A stretch of DNA of 64,000 nucleotides from Promethearchaeota archaeon (GCA_029838195.1 JALGVJ010000003.1:128678-192677); one strand, 5' to 3'; numbered from the stretch's first letter, positions 20,501 through 29,337 are shown. Program-made: numbers and translations. Notes: generated by a model from the letters alone, not told the origin.

Positions 20501-20553
20501 GCCGTGATAAATTTTAATGCAAACCAAGTCGGATTCATGGGAAATAGAATCAT
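17539..20553 (-). CDS. Large vWA (MIDAS) domain protein, MoxR partner
   Basis: C-terminal LELDISGSM, RGGT, FTDAD MIDAS residues; long acidic/coiled-coil middle. Confidence 0.88.
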   Translation of the reverse strand: MILFPMNPTWFALKFITALRNHEKCLYKPSIRQAIAICSLIIARFLNKGSCKVEDFIEIAVVTSPLENQALARRIATQLLSYSDRDEKGRGGDAFLSNLFFGEKAVDLLSDLNENYDELEDIFDDLEFLRQYQEELVDFDIEKVESIIDNNIFETHANDLEKEPYKTALDIIQNHGDLDVQKIKDLDSLVSMARKLLSEKINHLEPSDVLDAKNLNMLQEIIENSQINREKLLARIAQKEQEELWRDDEKKEFTDLLDTIIENLSNVKTQPPPKSDKSIKDSQLTGAMGLEDIEELDNLIFFAKRLGENEAMFTEKSQLDETMNFLDRFLSWKKKEKENIEYLYSKVEKEQEKRRLQKELEKNEKLIDAIEAQKDILNKKKENPIANKDQFLNSMEKSMRKDFNGTIQDMDFFLKSDLMDEQTKRELKDIIGNTLLEQNRTVHDLFNAATTLGRHFEFDDEEINQVIENSMDLPFKDVYHDCQNLDRYFGGNYTESYLNTILNNLNTFSVNNQTEEIKQELIKSPVKSPAWRKLMHELIERDMNEINTTSHDAKNKCISLKMLADQFISNRTNCPDLTCRLQLEHEIAEIIDKTINVVPTPELLRTIVKSFRDVNFPPNPDSIIKRGRMLGMAEEDILNLIESKFNYFKALVKKNMPKGYPLYKDSLNQLDLSSQQVEEVLQIALKGTSNGKPNFDAITCLCEKSLSDVFNSVQKMGDDALEMVLSSLGAGNGLDLLEQWFFSRHNISSKIKLKLKQIIKQIMIDLGLRSANSLIGTANAGPIVENTVIPYSLGDDFELIDLEETISSLLESGKTIEMISDEDFLVSKTSQGLRCLVLELDISGSMTGEKLAQMALCATMLVYAFKPEELALTFFESNTHKLKDLDENVELEDLVDELLDIEARGGTCIRSALEWANNQFEKKARSKYRINVLFTDADVFDFEESLEELEKIKEKDVKFVMVVPKFDYSPVMAQEMVKKVNGVLLTLNQWRDFPKLISKIISTQ

Positions 20554-20573
20554 GGCCCATTCCTCACCTCTAT

Positions 20574-21689
20574 TTAAGCTCCTCCCCCTATTACTTGAGA
20601 AACAATGTTTTTAGTGACGTCCTCTATTTTTATACCCGGTTTTGGTTGGATAGCTCCTTGAAGAACTATGGGCACAATTGTCCGCAAGATAGAGTGAGGG
20701 TCAGCCTTTTTTTCTTTCATTTTTATGATACCCGTTAATCGAGCCATGGCAATTCCCGCTCTAAGACTCGCCGGAACTTGAACTTGATGATGAGTACGCG
20801 TGCTGTGAATTATTAAATAAATCATTTCTAAGGCACTTTCATCGATTTGAAAATAGGGATTGTTATGTTCAATGATTTCCAATTCTGTTTTTTTATCGGG
20901 ATAATCTAATTCTATCCAAACATTAAATCTATCCTTTAGAGCTTCGCCAAGACGATGTGTACCTGCCAATTCCGAGGGATTCATAGACCCGATGAAAAAA
21001 AAACCGGGGGATGCTTTGATTCGTCCTAAATGAGGAACAGCCACGGTTTTTTCTTCTAAAGGCTCTAATAATGAATTTTGCGTATATTCCGTAGCCCGGT
21101 TAATTTCATTTGCTAAAAAAACCCCTCCGTATAACATTGCTTTAAGTAGTGGTCCTGGATTAAATGCTTCAAATGAAAACCCTTTTTGAATCGTGACAGC
21201 AGGATTAAAACTTCCAATTAAATGAGCCGGTTTAGTGGATTCATCAAATGTAATCCATTCAAAAGAATTATTTCCTGTTAATTCAGCTCTTGCTTGTGCA
21301 TAATATCGGCATAAAGTGGTTTTTCCGATTCCTGGAGGTCCTACTAATACTGGATAGAGATTCCCCGCATCAGCTTCCGCTATGAGATTAAAAGCTTTTT
21401 TGTATTGACCGGATAATACAATTTCAATTTTTTCTTCTTTTAATGTTATCAAATTTTGTTTAAAAAGCTCTTCCAACGATTTGGAACTAGAGCCATTTAC
21501 TCCAGCTTGGAGGTATGGCGACTTCTTTAATAGTCTTAAAATATCATTAGATAATTTTTCTTTTGCCGATTGTTTAGCCCCTTTTTTAGGCAATTTTTTC
21601 CCGGATCCACGAGTTTTCGACGACCGAGAGGAAGAGGAGGTAGCTTTTTTAGATGTTCTGGATTTTTTTACAGGTGGTTTTTTTGCCAT
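20574..21689 (-). CDS. MoxR-family AAA+ ATPase with basic low-complexity N-terminal tail
   Basis: Walker A GPPGIGKT, FNPGPL, FLANEINRA, GSMNP, Arg finger ALKDRF, DYP. Confidence 0.92.
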   Translation of the reverse strand: MAKKPPVKKSRTSKKATSSSSRSSKTRGSGKKLPKKGAKQSAKEKLSNDILRLLKKSPYLQAGVNGSSSKSLEELFKQNLITLKEEKIEIVLSGQYKKAFNLIAEADAGNLYPVLVGPPGIGKTTLCRYYAQARAELTGNNSFEWITFDESTKPAHLIGSFNPAVTIQKGFSFEAFNPGPLLKAMLYGGVFLANEINRATEYTQNSLLEPLEEKTVAVPHLGRIKASPGFFFIGSMNPSELAGTHRLGEALKDRFNVWIELDYPDKKTELEIIEHNNPYFQIDESALEMIYLIIHSTRTHHQVQVPASLRAGIAMARLTGIIKMKEKKADPHSILRTIVPIVLQGAIQPKPGIKIEDVTKNIVSQVIGGGA

Positions 21690-21913
21690 AAAACCTCATT
21701 TTTTTAATTTATTATTAGTAGATCATGAATAAATTATTTCTTAATTTTAAAAACCGCTTTAATTTTTGCCGCACTTATTAATACGAATCCTTCAATTAAT
21801 ATACAATATTATTTCTTAGATCTATGATTTTATTTAAATCTTTCGATAGAATGCATTATCTTCTTAAAAAATTTAAATCCATGAACATGAGAAGAATCGA
21901 GAAATTATATTTC

Positions 21914-22966
21914 TTAATAAATACAAATTTTAAATCCACAATATTTACATTCTCCCTTTAAATTTACGTGCATCTCATCAATTCCAAAAATTTTTCTTTT
22001 AATGACGATTTTGGAACATCTCGGACAAATAGTATTTTCATAAGACAAGTCGGGCACGTTTCCTAAATAAACGTGTTTTAATCCCGTATTTTTAGCAAGA
22101 GTATATAATTTTTTTAATAATTCTATAGAAGTGGGTTTATTAAATCCATGATCCCAACTTTTATAATGAGGATAAAATCTGGTTATATGGAATGGAGTAT
22201 ACTCTCCAAGCTCGGAATAGATTCGGGAAGCAATAGATTCAATCGTTGGACTATCGGAATTTAAATTCTCTATAACGAGAGTAGTTATTTCCACATGGAT
22301 CCCTAATTCTTTAGCAATACGTGCATTTCTCCACACTTTTTCAACATCTGCTCCGCAATATTTCCTTACAACTTCAGCATTTCCTTTAACATCAATGTTA
22401 ATGGCATCTAACCCCGCTCTTGCTAATTCCTTTAGCACGTCCTCTGTCATGTAGCCATTTGAGACATATGTATTATATAACCCATGTTTTTTAGCTAACC
22501 TAAATAATTCCAATGAATACTCAAGAAGTAAAGTAGGCTCATTGAAGGAAATTGAAGTTCCTTGACAATTATTACGGAGAGCAAGTTTAATGAGATCTTC
22601 AACCGAGAGATAATGAGATGATCTTTTAATTAATAACGGAATTGGGTCTCTAGGATGAGAGAGATGATGGTTTTGACACCAAAAACAATCAAAATTGCAT
22701 CCATATGTCCCTATAGTTAAAGCAATAGTTCCGGGGTGAAAATGAAATAATGGTTTTTTCTCTATGGGATTAAAAGAAATAGCAGGAATGCACCCATATA
22801 CGATGCTAAATATCTTTCCTTCTTTATTTATCCTGGTTTTACAACAACCAAGATTATTAGGAATAATCACGCATTTTCTTTCGCACGTAAGACATTGAGC
22901 ATTATTATTTTTTAATCTTTTTTGAAATCGCCCTTTTTTATAATATTTTGGATTAATTTCAATCAT
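21914..22966 (-). CDS. amrS: AmmeMemoRadiSam system radical SAM enzyme
   Basis: PIEKKPLFHFHPG, CNFDCFWCQN, FNEPT, SNGY, N-terminal CLTCERKC and C-terminal CPRC...CKYCG. Confidence 0.92.
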   Translation of the reverse strand: MIEINPKYYKKGRFQKRLKNNNAQCLTCERKCVIIPNNLGCCKTRINKEGKIFSIVYGCIPAISFNPIEKKPLFHFHPGTIALTIGTYGCNFDCFWCQNHHLSHPRDPIPLLIKRSSHYLSVEDLIKLALRNNCQGTSISFNEPTLLLEYSLELFRLAKKHGLYNTYVSNGYMTEDVLKELARAGLDAINIDVKGNAEVVRKYCGADVEKVWRNARIAKELGIHVEITTLVIENLNSDSPTIESIASRIYSELGEYTPFHITRFYPHYKSWDHGFNKPTSIELLKKLYTLAKNTGLKHVYLGNVPDLSYENTICPRCSKIVIKRKIFGIDEMHVNLKGECKYCGFKICIY

Positions 22967-23248
22967 AGCTACTGATATTAGAAAAAAATCTTTCTTTAAT
23001 TTTTATGGCATGATAAAGTTAATTAGATTTAAATAAAAACATGAGCTTCTTCATGAATTTAAAAAGATAATAGATTGGATAATAGAAAAAAAATATAATC
23101 ATGCTGAACATATAAGTGATAGGTCATGTCTTTTATTTTATTTAATCCATTTCTTATTCAGCCCTCATCCTTACCTTGTATTATTTAATATAACGGGCTG
23201 AGTTCTACATGGTTTAAGATATGGGGTGTTAATATTTTTAAATTCAAA

Positions 23249-23980
23249 TCATTCATGTTGAGGAACAATCAATTCTATAGCGTATTTTTTTAATAGAGTT
23301 AAAACATCTTCTTTAATTTTCTCTGCAATTTTAAAACAAATGAAAAATCGCTGAAATTCCATATTATAAGTTTTCTCAAGAAATTGAATTTTCTTAATGA
23401 AAGTTCGAATTTTATCTAATTCCGTGATTTTAAGGGTAGCTTCTCCAATTATATTAGGATTGATATGGAAAATATCGATTTCGACATCCTCCGTGTCAGG
23501 ATGCACGAAATGTTCTTTGTCCGTAAAATGCTGTCTTATTTGTAAATCTACATTTAAACCTCTATTTTTAAATTCACGTTTTACAATTGAATACCCCATC
23601 CCTTCTACTACATCAGAATATCCTATATCAATCGCATCAAATCGCTCGTATACTCTATCAAATCGATCGTCCATCTGTTTTTGCATGGCATTGAATCGGT
23701 CATCCATTTGTTTTTGCATGGCATTGAATCGGTCGTCCATCTGTTTTTGCATGGCATTGAATCGGTCGTCCATCTGTTTTTGCATGGCATTGAATCGGTC
23801 GTCCATCTGTTTTTGTATGGCATTGAATCGCTCGTCTATTCTTTCCATAGCATCGAGAAACTCATCTCTAGTAAGAAAATTTTCCTTCAGATATTTAATT
23901 TGAATAGCTTTTACTTTTTCTTCTATTTTAGATTCAATTATATTTTCAATTTCTTTAATTAAATGCGGATCGATGGTCAT
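23249..23980 (-). CDS. Coiled-coil tandem-repeat protein with C-terminal PD-(D/E)XK-like domain
   Basis: (NAMQKQMDDRF)x5; then E...EIDIF...IIGEAT. Confidence 0.75.
   Translation of the reverse strand: MTIDPHLIKEIENIIESKIEEKVKAIQIKYLKENFLTRDEFLDAMERIDERFNAIQKQMDDRFNAMQKQMDDRFNAMQKQMDDRFNAMQKQMDDRFNAMQKQMDDRFDRVYERFDAIDIGYSDVVEGMGYSIVKREFKNRGLNVDLQIRQHFTDKEHFVHPDTEDVEIDIFHINPNIIGEATLKITELDKIRTFIKKIQFLEKTYNMEFQRFFICFKIAEKIKEDVLTLLKKYAIELIVPQHE
23661..23836. repeat. 33-bp intragenic tandem repeat, 5 full units plus a partial unit
   Basis: Consensus aatcggtcgtccatctgtttttgcatggcattg, with units starting at 23661, 23694, 23727, 23760, 23793 and a partial at 23826. Confidence 0.97.
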
Positions 23981-24225
23981 GCTAAAATTTATATTTTTTT
24001 CTAAGCATTATATATCTTTCTAATAATTTATATTTAAGCTTCCCGTGAAAATTTATTTTCTTTAGTAAAAATGGGGTTGTAAATTTTTATAAATTCCTTA
24101 TAATTTTCATGGAATTATTCTTAGCTTTATTTTTAAGCTGGAGAAGGAATGAATAGAATTATTGAGAGAAAATAAAATAAGATTGCATGTTTTAATTCTA
24201 AAAATTTATAATTTTAAGAGAAATA

Positions 24226-25599
24226 TCATCTCGATTTCATGAGAGGCATGAAACATTGAAAAATTCTTGCATACATCGCTCTAATCACGGTTGAATTAAA
24301 AAGAATTCTAATTGCTTTCAATAAGAAGTAATGATTTCTCGGGAAGAACGTTGTTCGCTTTTTATCATAGGTTATTTTTTTAATATAAAATTTCTTTTGA
24401 AACAAGGAAATTATCAGTTGATACGTGATAATTGCTATAATATCCCACGCCCTTTTCACATGGGCTTCCGGATAGGGTAATTCTTCTCCCATGGCTAGTC
24501 GAACGACCTCTACAACATGATATATATCAATTTTACTTCTCAATAATTCCCTAGTTGCCCATAATAAATACAAGCATCCTCCACAATAAGATATCAATGC
24601 TCGTGCTCCTGTTTCTTCTGCTTCCTTGAATTTTTTTGTCCCCTCCGAAATTATATCAAAAGGAATGGCAATATTTTTTACCCAGGACGCACCCGCTCCA
24701 AAGCCGCAACATAATGAATCTTTTCGATTATGCTCCATCTCTACAATTTCACATCCACATTTTTCTACGATTTTTCTTGGAGGCTCCCAATATTTTCCTT
24801 CAATTGCTTTTGAATAACAGTTATCATGTATTGTTACCTTGAAATTTAATTTCTTCTTAATGGGTATTTCATTTAAATTCAATTTCTCCAATAACCATTC
24901 ATCGAGATTTTTAAAATGTTGCTCATGTATCACACCCATTTCTTTTGGATGTACTTCATTGAAAATGTATTCTACCGCATCTAACGTTGCAACCACTTCT
25001 TTTACGCCCCATTGATCAAAATCATTTTTGGTTCTACGCGCAATCTTTTGAACCACATCTAAATAACCGCCTTGATATAAATATGCCCCTCCCTCCCATT
25101 GATCAATTCTGTCAATGGGTTTAAAATATGATAATAATTGGCTTCCACCAAGAACAAAAGGAAATAAATGAGTATAATTTCCCACTAATAAAATTTTATC
25201 CCCTGGTTTTGGCACGTAGTTCATCCACTCATGAATCCATTTTCGCTCTTGGGGAGAGAGAAACACATTAAGTAATTGCCAAATATTCGGGGTTTCCGTG
25301 GGGCAAACAAACCGATATAACGGAGGCGCTCCTCGCTTATAATATAAATCATTCCAGCGTTCTAATATTAATTGATAAGGATTCGCTCCTTTTGGACAGT
25401 AAAGATTGCATGAAAAACAAGTATTGCATTTGTATAAAGCTAACTTAGACTCTTTTCCTTCAATTAATCGAGAAATTTCCTCTTTTGCTTCTTCCAAAGG
25501 TAACTGTAAAACGGGACATTTATGAAGGCAAATCCCACACTCATCGCATGCTTCTTTCTTAAAAGCTGAAATTCTTTTTATCTTGCTCATTTTAAACAA
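24226..25599 (-). CDS. HdrD/GlpC-like Fe-S oxidoreductase (CCG family)
   Basis: CDECGICLHKCP, CNTCFSCNLYCP, HDNCY, LCCGFG, YCGGC. Confidence 0.88.
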   Translation of the reverse strand: MFKMSKIKRISAFKKEACDECGICLHKCPVLQLPLEEAKEEISRLIEGKESKLALYKCNTCFSCNLYCPKGANPYQLILERWNDLYYKRGAPPLYRFVCPTETPNIWQLLNVFLSPQERKWIHEWMNYVPKPGDKILLVGNYTHLFPFVLGGSQLLSYFKPIDRIDQWEGGAYLYQGGYLDVVQKIARRTKNDFDQWGVKEVVATLDAVEYIFNEVHPKEMGVIHEQHFKNLDEWLLEKLNLNEIPIKKKLNFKVTIHDNCYSKAIEGKYWEPPRKIVEKCGCEIVEMEHNRKDSLCCGFGAGASWVKNIAIPFDIISEGTKKFKEAEETGARALISYCGGCLYLLWATRELLRSKIDIYHVVEVVRLAMGEELPYPEAHVKRAWDIIAIITYQLIISLFQKKFYIKKITYDKKRTTFFPRNHYFLLKAIRILFNSTVIRAMYARIFQCFMPLMKSR

Positions 25600-25644
25600 A
25601 AATCCTCCTTTAATTATTTGATATTAAATTGCAATTAAAATTAT

Positions 25645-26919
25645 TCAATAAGCAATATCATACGAAGGGGGATCCTCTGCTATATCGGCAATCTTAATTT
25701 TTTTTAAGGACAATAGCTTAGGCATTTGTTTTTTAATGATTCCCCAGAAAAAGTGTGATGCTCGTTGTTTTTTTGCCTTTTCTGTTAAAGAAGGCTCTTC
25801 TCCCATCGCTTTTTGAATTAATTCATTAATGTGGAAAATTTTCATTTTCTTTCCCATTATTAATTTTTGAACCGTCGTTAAAGTGGCCAAACATCCGGCG
25901 CAATACACGCAAATTGCATCTGCTTTAGTCTCTTTGAACTCTCTAAGATTTCTCATTCCTGATTGAATTAATGAAAGTGGATGGTAAGCAGAGTTTACGG
26001 AAAATCCACCCCCAATACCACAACAACGCATGTTTTCTCGGCATGCTTTAGTTTCTATCACCTTTACTCCTAGGTGATTCAGGATTTTTCGGGGCAAATC
26101 CATGTATTCATCACCGAACATTTTAGCATAGCAAGATTCTTGAATAGTAACTTTCATATCAAGTTTCTCCTTTATTTTCACTTCTCCTCTTTCGATTTTT
26201 TCCCAAATATATTGTATATAAGATTTTATTGAGTCAAATTTGTAGGTGAGTCCATAGTGCGGTAGAACGTTTTTAAAAACATTTGTTCCAGCCGTGCACA
26301 TGACAATCAAATTTTTGGGCTTTAAAGTATTAAACCATTTATCCAATCTCTTAGTTATTTGAAATAATTTATCTGCATATCCCGTTCTAAATAATGTTTC
26401 ACCGCAACAATATTCTAACCGGCCTCTAATGTCTAAATCTTGAAAAATGGAAAGTTGCGTGAGCTCAGGAAACGTGATGACATTACAGCCCGGATAAGTC
26501 AATGTAACTCCTTTCAAGGGAGTCAACGCAGCCCATTTTTTAACTAACTCTTTCATACTTTCAGGTAATTTATCTATAACATGCGTGCGAAAGTTAGGAT
26601 AATGGGGATATAAGGTCATGAAATATTCTCCTCTCTTTTTGAGCCCTTCTTCTTGATATTGTTCGTACCATCTCTTCAAAATTAAACTGGCCGGACGAGC
26701 ATTTTCGGGGCAATAAAAATTACAACTAAAGCAGCTTTGGCATTTTTTCAACACGATTTCTGTTTTTTCCCCATTTATTAAACGATTAATTTCTTGAATT
26801 GATTTAGCAAGCGGCAAGTGCATTATAGGACAATCATGAAAACATAGGCCGCAGCGCGTGCAGGCTTTCTCATCAAATTCGGAGAAAAAATCAATATTTA
26901 CGGGTTTAATCTCGTTCAT
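25645..26919 (-). CDS. HdrD/GlpC-like Fe-S oxidoreductase (two CCG domains)
   Basis: CTRCGLCFHDCP, CQSCFSCNFYCP, YPGC, YCCGE, RCCGIGGG, YCAGC. Confidence 0.88.
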   Translation of the reverse strand: MNEIKPVNIDFFSEFDEKACTRCGLCFHDCPIMHLPLAKSIQEINRLINGEKTEIVLKKCQSCFSCNFYCPENARPASLILKRWYEQYQEEGLKKRGEYFMTLYPHYPNFRTHVIDKLPESMKELVKKWAALTPLKGVTLTYPGCNVITFPELTQLSIFQDLDIRGRLEYCCGETLFRTGYADKLFQITKRLDKWFNTLKPKNLIVMCTAGTNVFKNVLPHYGLTYKFDSIKSYIQYIWEKIERGEVKIKEKLDMKVTIQESCYAKMFGDEYMDLPRKILNHLGVKVIETKACRENMRCCGIGGGFSVNSAYHPLSLIQSGMRNLREFKETKADAICVYCAGCLATLTTVQKLIMGKKMKIFHINELIQKAMGEEPSLTEKAKKQRASHFFWGIIKKQMPKLLSLKKIKIADIAEDPPSYDIAY

Positions 26920-27158
26920 GGCATGTATTTTTTATTATATTATCCATTATTTTTTTTTATATTATATAATATTACTTTTCATGAATTTTAATCATTTCCA
27001 CCTTTCTAAATTCAAATTTTTTGAAATGCGTCATCAACCAGTAAGCAACCCCTCAAAATCAAAAGATTTTTTTCACGTCCAATAAATAATTTATTTGAAT
27101 ACTGTAAATATATTTGTTTTTTATTGAAAATAAAAATAAACACCCCTTCCCTTGAAAG

Positions 27159-27968
27159 ATGTCCGGTAGAATTAGTTTATTAAGGTTAGATTATGCGTTT
27201 TCCGTATTAATTCCCTTGTTATTAGCCATTTTTCTAAATAAATTAAATTTGTTTCACCATTTAGATATTTTAATTGGTTTCTTGTTTTTAGCCATTACCG
27301 GAAATACATGGAATGATGTCATCGACATGAAAAATCCTGAGGACATGGACACTTTAAAACGGGTGGAGGGATATCATCCAAAGGAAATTTTTACAATTGG
27401 ATTGGCGAGTTTTATACTAGGAATGACATTATTACTACGCACGTGTCTTCAACATTTTCTTAATTTTATTATTCTCCTTTCCATTATTGCCATGGTGTTG
27501 TTATATTGCATAGTATTTAAACCCATTCCGATTTTAAACAATATTCTATTAAATATTTCTCACGTCCTCTTGCCCTATTTCATGATAAAAATTGATGCTA
27601 ATTTACCTTTAATGCGTGGTGAAGAATGGACGGTAATTTTAGGGTTTCTTTGTTTTGCCTTCAATGCTCAAGTAGTCCATGAGGTCATTGATGGTGAGGC
27701 TATTCTTAAAAAACTTAGTTTAAGACGTTGTCAAATAATCATCCAAATTTCTGCCTTAATAACCTTGATTTTAGGCATCGGAGCAGTCATTTTAACTAAT
27801 ATTTATTACTTCTTTCCCTTCATATTTTTTCCACTGGGAATAATGTACACGTTTCGACGTCCTACCACATCTACGAAAGGTGTAAAAGATGTAGGGTTAT
27901 TAAGCGGTAATTTTTTGTTAATTTATTTTCTCTGCTTGATCGCCCTTCAAATGACGGGCATGATTTAA
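27159..27968 (+). CDS. UbiA-family prenyltransferase
   Basis: Multi-TM; NTWNDVIDMKNPED Asp-rich motif; LLYC..KPIP. Confidence 0.75.
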   Translation: MSGRISLLRLDYAFSVLIPLLLAIFLNKLNLFHHLDILIGFLFLAITGNTWNDVIDMKNPEDMDTLKRVEGYHPKEIFTIGLASFILGMTLLLRTCLQHFLNFIILLSIIAMVLLYCIVFKPIPILNNILLNISHVLLPYFMIKIDANLPLMRGEEWTVILGFLCFAFNAQVVHEVIDGEAILKKLSLRRCQIIIQISALITLILGIGAVILTNIYYFFPFIFFPLGIMYTFRRPTTSTKGVKDVGLLSGNFLLIYFLCLIALQMTGMI

Positions 27969-27993
27969 GAGATTTTATTTTTTAATAATTTTT

Positions 27994-28803
27994 TTAAAAA
28001 TACATTCGTATCGCCACGCCCATCAATATTATTGCTACAAAAAATTGTAAAGTCACCCTTGGCATTCGGTAAGAGATTCTTGCCCCTAAAAAAGCTCCAA
28101 ATACAGATCCAATTCCTAAAAACATGCCAATTAGATAATTAACATGTCCGGTAATACTTTTGATGATAACATTATATATGGCGGTAAAAAAAATCATGGA
28201 CGTGGATATTGCCGTAGAATTATGAATGGGAAATCCTAATAATATATTTAAAGTAGGGGTGTAAATCACTCCGCCTCCGATCCCAAGTAAATTTGCCGTA
28301 AATCCTCCTAAAATGAATAAAGGTATTCCTTTTTTAAGGTTGGTCTTATAATCATGTTCCTTCAATGAAAAAGGTGAATTTTCCTGAGAATTTTGGGGCA
28401 ATTCTTTCTTTTTTCTTCTAGTCAATATCCCTTTTCGAATCATGTTTAATCCCGTTAATATCAATAAGGTAGCAAAAATAAATCTTAGAACAGTATTATT
28501 TAAAATAACGAAAGAAAAAATGATTGTACTTAATAGACTTCCTAATATCGAAAAACAACCGAAAATCAGCGACAATTTAATATCCGTACGCTTTTGTCTC
28601 AAATAGGTAATGAATCCTGAGGTTGAAGAAATGAGAATTACAAAGGTGGAGGTATCAATTGCTTGATTAATGGGAAGAAAAAAGAGTAAAGTAAGACTCG
28701 GCACGTAGAGAACACCGCCCCCTACTCCCGCAATGGTAGAAACGATTCCAATGACCACACCTAAGATGATCAACAAAATAATTATAGAAACAGATAGTTC
28801 CAT
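27994..28803 (-). CDS. Sulfite exporter TauE/SafE family protein
   Basis: Repeated GVGGG/GIGGG...P motifs, about 8 TM. Confidence 0.9.
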   Translation of the reverse strand: MELSVSIIILLIILGVVIGIVSTIAGVGGGVLYVPSLTLLFFLPINQAIDTSTFVILISSTSGFITYLRQKRTDIKLSLIFGCFSILGSLLSTIIFSFVILNNTVLRFIFATLLILTGLNMIRKGILTRRKKKELPQNSQENSPFSLKEHDYKTNLKKGIPLFILGGFTANLLGIGGGVIYTPTLNILLGFPIHNSTAISTSMIFFTAIYNVIIKSITGHVNYLIGMFLGIGSVFGAFLGARISYRMPRVTLQFFVAIILMGVAIRMYF

Positions 28804-28941
28804 GGATATTAGAGTGTTGAATCTTTATATTTAGTTTATGAAAAGATAACAAATAATAAGGATAATGTTCTTATAACCTATAGTACTTTACATCATCGGG
28901 TTCGTGAAATTTACTATAATTACCATTCATTTTTTCTTAAA

Positions 28942-29337
28942 ATGTCAGATCCAAAAAACAATAAAATGATTCTTGAATTAGTTGCATGTTCTAAATGCGG
29001 AAATCCATACATGAAAAAAAAAGATGAAGAAGAAAAAGAATTAATTTGTGAAAATTGTATAAAATTAGAAGAGAGAAAACGCAAGTTAGCAATTGAAGTG
29101 TTTGATAATGTTATCGAAGTAGAAAACGAAATGGAAAAATGCATTAATGAAATGAAAAATCAATTAAATATTGCGAAAGCTCAATTTAATAAAAAATATT
29201 TTTTAGAAAACATTAAAAAAAGATCTCAAACCCTTCTGAAATCAATCGAATTAATTGAAAAAATTAATGAAACTAATGATGAGAAATATCTTGAAGAATA
29301 TAAAAAATTATTTCTTGAAAAATTGAAAAAGAAATAA
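28942..29337 (+). CDS. Zinc-ribbon plus coiled-coil hypothetical protein
   Basis: CSKC...CENC followed by a helical K/E-rich region. Confidence 0.7.
   Translation: MSDPKNNKMILELVACSKCGNPYMKKKDEEEKELICENCIKLEERKRKLAIEVFDNVIEVENEMEKCINEMKNQLNIAKAQFNKKYFLENIKKRSQTLLKSIELIEKINETNDEKYLEEYKKLFLEKLKKK

Noticed and set aside
21914-22966. amrS as a fourth member of the MoxR operon
   Set aside because: Separated by a 224-bp AT-rich gap with room for its own promoter; amrS is a widespread gene with different known partners (AmrA/AmrB), absent here
23661-23836. Possible CRISPR array
   Set aside because: Units are contiguous with no unique spacers, are a multiple of 3 and lie in frame in a CDS; no cas genes
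23397-23962. Overlapping ORFs 23397-23903, 23623-23823 and 23681-23962
   Set aside because: Shadow frames kept open by the stop-free tandem repeat
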